Shown here: piece by piece, positions 57,634 to 64,000 of the stretch
Layout: each line of letters starts with the position of its first letter
Numbering within the stretch: the first letter of the stretch is position 1
Source: Desulfobulbaceae bacterium
GTDB taxonomy: Bacteria > Desulfobacterota > Desulfobulbia > Desulfobulbales > Desulfocapsaceae
Reading direction: 5' to 3'
Assembly (NCBI GenBank): GCA_031287565.1
Contig: JAITSS010000001.1
Location: forward strand, 9,752 to 73,751
Length of the DNA stretch: 64,000 nucleotides
Made by a program: the position numbers and the translations under genes
The notes under the pieces: model-generated
Told to the model about the DNA's origin: nothing
Databases searched by the model: none
What the model saw: only the letters and a program-made list of their open reading frames with translations

Positions 57634-57662
57634 GGGAAAAATCCGGGGAAAACTGCGCCAAC

Positions 57663-57699
57663 AAAAAACCGGCTGCCAGGCGCTAAACCCGGCAGCCGG
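57663..57699 (-). terminator. Terminator-like hairpin between rplI and dnaB
   Basis: Minus strand: CCGGCUGCC-N13-GGCAGCCGG followed by UUUUUU. Confidence 0.55.
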
Positions 57700-57712
57700 T
57701 CGGCGGAAACGC

Positions 57713-58165
57713 TCAGTTGGCTTCGGCGCGAATCACGGAAAGCACCAAATCGGCGGTGGTCTGAAAACCCACCTTCACCTGCACGGTGTGTTCGCCGACG
57801 GATTTAATCGGATCGGCCAAAACGATCTGCTTGCGATCAACCACGACGCCCTGCTCGGCCAACAGCGCGGCAATTTCGACATTCGTCACCGAGCCGAAAA
57901 GACGTCCGTCTTCACCGGCCAACTGGCTAACGGTCAAGGCCAATTCGGCGAGACGAGCCGCCAGCTGGTCGGCAGTCTCTTTCTCTTTGGCCAGGCGGGC
58001 GGCGATTTCTGCGCGATTTTGCTCTAAAGCGGCCAGATTCTTATCGTTGGCCAACACCGCTTTCCTCTTCGGCAGCAAATAGTTGCGACCATACCCCGGC
58101 TTGACGGCGACGACATCGCCTTCGCGACCCAGGGTGCTGATCGTTTCTGTGAGAATCAGTTTCAT
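57713..58165 (-). CDS. rplI: 50S ribosomal protein L9
   Basis: 'MKLILTETISTLGREGDVVAVKPGYGRNYLLPKRKA'. Confidence 0.95.
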   Translation of the reverse strand: MKLILTETISTLGREGDVVAVKPGYGRNYLLPKRKAVLANDKNLAALEQNRAEIAARLAKEKETADQLAARLAELALTVSQLAGEDGRLFGSVTNVEIAALLAEQGVVVDRKQIVLADPIKSVGEHTVQVKVGFQTTADLVLSVIRAEAN

Positions 58166-58167
58166 GG

Positions 58168-59133
58168 TTACTCCTTATCGTGATTTGATTGTGGTTTGCG
58201 GCGACCCAGGCGGCGAAAATCCGCCCAGACCTCAATCAGGCCCAAAATGGCCAAAGCCAACAGGCCGAACGACTGCGACACCACAAGAAAAATAAGCACA
58301 AGCTGCGCCGCTACCGGCAACCGGCGACTGTCGAAAAAGAACTTCATCACCGCCAAACCCTGCATGGCATAGGCCAAAGCCAGCAGGATCAGCGCGTTGA
58401 CGGCGACGAAATACAGCCAACCGTCAAAAAGCATACTGACGGCGCACACCAGAATAATACCCAGCCAAACCAGAACATCCGGCAAACGCCACAGCCGGAA
58501 ATCAATCCATCTTCTAGGCAGATCGCGAAGGCTTTCCACGACATTGCACAGCAAAATCGCCGCCATTGGCGCGACGAGCGCCGGTGTCAACATCATCGCG
58601 GGCAAAACCACCGGCAACAAACGCCTGGCCTGCCTGATAGTTTCAGCAACCATCGCCCGCGCCTCCGGAGAGGCGGCGTCGCCCAGCGGATAACTGGCGG
58701 CCTCATGCAGCATCGCTTGCAACGCGACGACCAAAGCCTGATAAATATTTTCCCCGACCATAAGCGAGGCGGCGACAAGGAGCGCGGCCCATAAAACCGC
58801 CAGCGTCAGCGCGGCTTTTCCAAGCGCCAAGAGCGGCCCGTCGCCACAGTCGGCGGATTTGACCAGAACGAAGCCCGCCGCGAAAAATGTCGCCGATAAA
58901 AGAAAGGTCGCCAGAGACGATAGCCAAAACACCAGCGGCGCGGCCAGGATAACGGCGCAAAAGACCACCCGTTTTCCCGTGAACAGTCCGTAGCGGCTAC
59001 GCAGATACAGCGCCATCGGCATCAACAACACTCCCGCCGACGGCAGGGCGAACAACAGCGCCAGGACGAAAACATCACGGAAAATCAGCGACAACCTGCC
59101 GTTATCCATGCGTTCCACGGTCAAGCTATTCAT
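58168..59133 (-). CDS. DUF2232/YybS-like polytopic membrane protein
   Basis: Multi-TM ORF in the position between rpsR and rplI, where YybS-type genes occur. Confidence 0.6.
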   Translation of the reverse strand: MNSLTVERMDNGRLSLIFRDVFVLALLFALPSAGVLLMPMALYLRSRYGLFTGKRVVFCAVILAAPLVFWLSSLATFLLSATFFAAGFVLVKSADCGDGPLLALGKAALTLAVLWAALLVAASLMVGENIYQALVVALQAMLHEAASYPLGDAASPEARAMVAETIRQARRLLPVVLPAMMLTPALVAPMAAILLCNVVESLRDLPRRWIDFRLWRLPDVLVWLGIILVCAVSMLFDGWLYFVAVNALILLALAYAMQGLAVMKFFFDSRRLPVAAQLVLIFLVVSQSFGLLALAILGLIEVWADFRRLGRRKPQSNHDKE

Positions 59134-59139
59134 CGCCTC

Positions 59140-59385
59140 TCATTCCTGCGGATTCCCGGCGTAGGGCAGAAGGGCGATGTGCCGCGCCCGTTTGACCGCC
59201 TCGCTCAACTGCCGCTGGTGGCTGGCGCAGGTGCCAATAATCCGCCGGGGAATGATTTTCCCGCGTTCGGAAACGAAACCAGCCAGCGTTTTGGCATCTT
59301 TATAATTAATGGTCAGATCTTTATCGGTGCAGAAACGGCAGACCTTTTTCCGGGTAAACAGTTTCTTTGGTTGCTTCCCTTGCAT
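59140..59385 (-). CDS. rpsR: 30S ribosomal protein S18
   Basis: 'KKVCRFC...YKD...[19 protein letters not shown]'. Confidence 0.95.
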   Translation of the reverse strand: MQGKQPKKLFTRKKVCRFCTDKDLTINYKDAKTLAGFVSERGKIIPRRIIGTCASHQRQLSEAVKRARHIALLPYAGNPQE

Positions 59386-59414
59386 GTTCGGCTCCTTGTC
59401 TCGTGATCGTGAAT

Positions 59415-59861
59415 TTACTCGGAAACAGTTCCTTCCTCGGCAACCTCGTCATCATGCGCGACGGTGTCACGGCGCGGCGCGGCCTCCGAGATTTCGGCGC
59501 TTTCATCACGCAGGAAGGCGGCGTTGCGCTTCTCGCTGTCGGAGATGGCGGCCTCAAGTTCCTCAGCGCTGATATCGTCGGCTATTTTGACGGTCAGATA
59601 TTTCAACACGCCGTCGTCAATGCGGAATTTGCGCTCAATCTCGCCGACGGCGGTGGGACTGGCAACGTATTCGTAAAAATAATACAGGCCCTGCTTTTCC
59701 TTTTTGATCGGATAAGCCAGCTTTTTCATGCCCCAACGGGCAACGCTGATGACCGTTCCTTGAGCATCTTCAATAATTTTCCGCGTATTTTCGACAATGG
59801 CGCTCACCGCGTCTTCGCCGAGGCCAGGGCGGAAAATACTGATCATCTCATACCTGCGCAT
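59415..59861 (-). CDS. rpsF: 30S ribosomal protein S6 (with acidic C-terminal tail)
   Basis: '[12 protein letters not shown]'. The second ATG (59861) lies 6 nt after AAGGAGG. Confidence 0.9.
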   Translation of the reverse strand: MRRYEMISIFRPGLGEDAVSAIVENTRKIIEDAQGTVISVARWGMKKLAYPIKKEKQGLYYFYEYVASPTAVGEIERKFRIDDGVLKYLTVKIADDISAEELEAAISDSEKRNAAFLRDESAEISEAAPRRDTVAHDDEVAEEGTVSE

Positions 59862-60013
59862 GTGCATCCTCCTTATGGACTGTAATGCGTTCGTCCCTTT
59901 CGTGACAAAAGGGCAAAGAGGGAAAAGGCCGGATAACGGCCACAATGCGCGCCAAGACAGCCCGGCGCGCGACAGAAGCCGCGCAGTGTACCGAGAAGGG
60001 CGAAGCGCGTCAA

Positions 60014-60418
60014 TCATCGACGCGGCATTTTAGCGTGGGCTTTCTCCTGTTCTTTGATGCGCCGCCACTGCTCATCCAGTTCTTCCATGCTCAGGTTCAT
60101 CCGCCGCTCAAACACATGGGGATGGCGGCGACGCAATTTCTCAACGATGCCGACGAAGACATCCTCGACCGAAAAAAGCTTTTCTTCCTCGGCGATTCTT
60201 GCAATCAGGCACAGGACGAACATCACATCGCCCAGCTCCTCGCACAGGTTGTCCGTATCGCCACGGGCAATCGCCGCGAGCAATTCCTCATGCTCGTTTT
60301 TCAGGTAACGCGCCATGCTGGCAATGGTTTGCGCCCTGTCCCAGGGGCAACCACCCTCACTGCGCAAACACTTGGTTATCGCCAAAAGTTCATGGCAGGC
60401 TTGACTTGTCTGCGACAT
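60014..60418 (-). CDS. mazG: MazG-like nucleoside triphosphate pyrophosphohydrolase (single domain)
   Basis: 'GGCPWDRAQT', 'EEL...EELGDVMFVL'. Confidence 0.8.
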   Translation of the reverse strand: MSQTSQACHELLAITKCLRSEGGCPWDRAQTIASMARYLKNEHEELLAAIARGDTDNLCEELGDVMFVLCLIARIAEEEKLFSVEDVFVGIVEKLRRRHPHVFERRMNLSMEELDEQWRRIKEQEKAHAKMPRR

Positions 60419-60634
60419 TGTGGTACTTACGGGGCCAAAATTGGTTAGTCTTACTTGTACTTCCCTCATAAATACGGCTATGATGAAATCAACCGTGACG
60501 ATAGGAAGACAAAATGGCGGGGCGCATCGCAACCAGCGTACATAGGCGAAATGAGCGTTCTGGGCGCATCAATACGATTTGAGCGACGGGCTGTTCATTT
60601 TGTAACATTTTATCGAAGACAAGGTGGTGGAAAA

Positions 60635-61105
60635 ATGACTGAACAAGCGCAGACGGAAAAAATCGTTATCCAACCGGTGACGGCGGCGGAAAAGCACAAG
60701 GACATCGCGCGAATCGACCAACTGAGTAAACGCACTCATGGTTGGTATGTGCGCGTGCGTTTCTTAGGAAAAACCCATTCCAAATTCTTCTCCGACCGCA
60801 AATGCGGCAACCGAGAAAACAGCCTGAGAGCCGCCGTGGAATGGCGCAACAAGACGGAAAAAAAACTGGGCAAGGTGCGCACCAACCGTCACATGGTCAC
60901 GGTTTCCAATTCCGGCACCGGCGTGGTCGGCGTGCGGCTGAACGACAAACTCAATCGCTATGAAGTCAGTTGGGTAACGCTCCTGGGCCGACAGGGCAAG
61001 ACCTCGGTGTCAATCGCCAAACACGGCAAGAAAGAGGCGTTCAAACGCGCCTGCGCCATTCGCCAGGAGCGCGAGAAACTGCGTCTGGAAAGCGTCAAAC
61101 TCTGA
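60635..61105 (+). CDS. Hypothetical DNA-binding protein with two AP2/ERF-like repeats
   Basis: 'HGWYVRVRFLGKTHSKFFSD...SLRAAVEWRNK' and 'GVVGVRLNDKLNRYEVSW...GKTSVSIAKHGKKEAFKRACAIR'. AAGGTGGTGG SD. Confidence 0.45.
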   Translation: MTEQAQTEKIVIQPVTAAEKHKDIARIDQLSKRTHGWYVRVRFLGKTHSKFFSDRKCGNRENSLRAAVEWRNKTEKKLGKVRTNRHMVTVSNSGTGVVGVRLNDKLNRYEVSWVTLLGRQGKTSVSIAKHGKKEAFKRACAIRQEREKLRLESVKL

Positions 61106-61148
61106 ATCGGCGGCTTGCGCGCGGTTTGATTCACTGTGTTTCATGCCA

Positions 61149-61181
61149 GGCGGGGTGGCTCTGCGGCCATCCCGCCTTTTT
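61149..61181 (+). terminator. Rho-independent terminator
   Basis: GGCGGGGUGGC-UCUGCG-GCCAUCCCGCC followed by UUUUU. Confidence 0.8.
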
Positions 61182-61233
61182 CATTTTCCAGCGGCGGGAC
61201 GCGGGGATTTTTTCCCACCGTCGGCGATTGCTG

Positions 61234-61262
61234 TTGACGGGCTTACTGCTACCAGGTAGATT
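61234..61262 (+). promoter_or_regulatory. Candidate sigma70 promoter for rplU-rpmA-obg (TTGACG-N17-TAGATT)
   Basis: Hexamers and the 17-nt spacer were read directly. It lies about 70 nt upstream of rplU. Confidence 0.5.
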
Positions 61263-61332
61263 TTGCGGTTCACATTGAATTGGCGCGGATGCGTAATACG
61301 GCTTTACGCCGGAAGATAACGAGGGTTTGAGC

Positions 61333-61653
61333 ATGTATGCGATAGTGCGAACAGGCGGCAAGCAGTATCAGGTGGCTTGCGGCGATATGCTGCGGGTGGA
61401 AAAACTGGACGGTGAAATTGGCGAGGCTGTCGATCTCGCTGAAGTGCTCCTGTTGGCCGATGGCGACAACGTCCGCATCGGCCAGCCCGTCCTTGAGGAT
61501 GTCAAAGTCGTGGCCAAGATCGCCCACCAGGGCCGGGGCAAAAAAGTCATCATTTTCAAGAAAAAACGTCGCAAAGGCTATCGCCTGCGCCGCGGACATC
61601 GGCAGTCGTTCACCGCTCTGAAAATTGAAGAAATTGTTGGCACGGCGGCCTGA
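61333..61653 (+). CDS. rplU: 50S ribosomal protein L21
   Basis: 'MYAIVRTGGKQYQV'. Confidence 0.95.
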   Translation: MYAIVRTGGKQYQVACGDMLRVEKLDGEIGEAVDLAEVLLLADGDNVRIGQPVLEDVKVVAKIAHQGRGKKVIIFKKKRRKGYRLRRGHRQSFTALKIEEIVGTAA

Positions 61654-61716
61654 TTTTTTTTCCATTTATTTAATCGCCGTCACGGTTTGACGGCACAGCC
61701 ACGAGGTGCAAAGACC

Positions 61717-63088
<1,372 letters not shown>

Positions 63089-63107
63089 TTCGACAATATT
63101 ACAAAAG

Positions 63108-64000
63108 ATGACTTGTCAGCTTTCCCATCAGGACGGACTTGCCGTCCGTCGTCGGCTCCTGGATAAGGCAAGGCGGATTGTGGTTAAAGTCGGCAGCGCC
63201 ATTTTAACCGATGAACGTGGCATGAATCTGCCCATCATCGAACGTTTGGTCGATGAATTGCTGTTTCTGCGCCAATCCGGACGCGAGGTGATTCTTGTCA
63301 GCTCCGGCGCGGTGGCCGCCGGGCGGCGAAAAATCAATCTGACCCAAGATTCGGACCTGCGGGAAAAACAGGCGCTGGCGGCGATCGGGCAATCAATTCT
63401 CATGCACTGCTACGACGGATTTTTTTCGCGCCGCGACACCACCATCGCCCAGGTTTTGTTAACCCACGACGACCTCGACCACCGCCACCGCTATCTGAAC
63501 ATCCGCAACACCCTGACGACGCTTCTGCGTTTCGGCGTTCTGCCCATCATCAACGAAAACGATACCGTCTCAGTCGAAGAGTTGCGTTTCGGCGACAACG
63601 ACCGCCTCGCCGCTTTAATCACCAACCTGATCGAGGCCGATCTGTTTATCTGCCTGACTGATGTCGATGGTCTCTACCCAGCGCCGCCGGAACAATTCGA
63701 CTGTCCGGAACCAATCGCCAATATCGTTGAAATCAATGAAGAGATTGAAGCCATGCTAGGCAAAAGCGCCAGCGGCGTCGGCACCGGCGGCATGGCCACA
63801 AAAGTCCGCGCCGCCAAGATGGTCGCGGCGCGGGGCGGCGCTTCATTCATCGGGCCGGGGCGCGAAGAACAGGTGATACAACGACTGTTCACCGGCGAAA
63901 ATATCGGTTCGTTCTTTTTCCCGGCGAAAAACCCGCTCCACAGCCGCAAACATTGGATCGCCTACGCCTTGAAACCAAAAGGCGAGCTGATTCTCGATGA
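63108..64000 (+). CDS. proB: Glutamate 5-kinase, 3' end outside the window
   Basis: 'IVVKVGSAILTD', 'VILVSSGAVAAG', 'LPIINENDTVSVEELRFGDND'. The frame is open to the window edge, so it is absent from the ORF track. Confidence 0.9.
   Translation, partial: MTCQLSHQDGLAVRRRLLDKARRIVVKVGSAILTDERGMNLPIIERLVDELLFLRQSGREVILVSSGAVAAGRRKINLTQDSDLREKQALAAIGQSILMHCYDGFFSRRDTTIAQVLLTHDDLDHRHRYLNIRNTLTTLLRFGVLPIINENDTVSVEELRFGDNDRLAALITNLIEADLFICLTDVDGLYPAPPEQFDCPEPIANIVEINEEIEAMLGKSASGVGTGGMATKVRAAKMVAARGGASFIGPGREEQVIQRLFTGENIGSFFFPAKNPLHSRKHWIAYALKPKGELILD

Overview
A 64-kb chromosomal window, mostly G+C-rich, that looks like a sulfate- or sulfur-respiring Desulfobacterota (deltaproteobacterial) genome. 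Core genes include dsrMKJOP, nifU-nifS, thyX, a sirC-like/hemX-like/hemA cluster, class II (B12) ribonucleotide reductase, menA, carD, rluD and rlmN. Also present are leuA, lptE-leuS, dnaB, rpsF-rpsR-rplI and rplU-rpmA-obg-proB.

Accessory or unusual content:
(i) An AT-richer block (about 2.3-9.1 kb) holds a NitT/TauT-type ABC importer and two paralogous SAM-methyltransferase modules. One module sits in a 716-aa membrane protein full of tandem duplications with a Lys/Cys-rich knuckle. The block is preceded by a long leader with a terminator hairpin and an (AGTG)9 microsatellite.
(ii) A second AT-rich scar (32.1-32.9 kb) contains a truncated MBL-fold-like gene start and an imperfect 28-bp inverted repeat whose sequence recurs at 2.48 kb. 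A foreign-looking N-terminal extension of about 105 aa is grafted onto nrdJ here.
(iii) An orphan PilB/GspE-type ATPase is fused to a cNMP-binding domain, behind a large inverted repeat.
(iv) A cooT-cooJ nickel-chaperone pair has no CODH gene nearby.
(v) A Sel1-repeat protein precedes a PrtDEF-type T1SS and an RTX serralysin-like protease.
(vi) A Leu-rich leader peptide plus terminator (attenuator) lies in front of leuA.
(vii) One gene fuses Nth and Xth.

I recognised no rRNA, tRNA, CRISPR array, transposase or integrase. All calls come from reading the translated ORFs and the DNA by eye; no database search or folding program was run.
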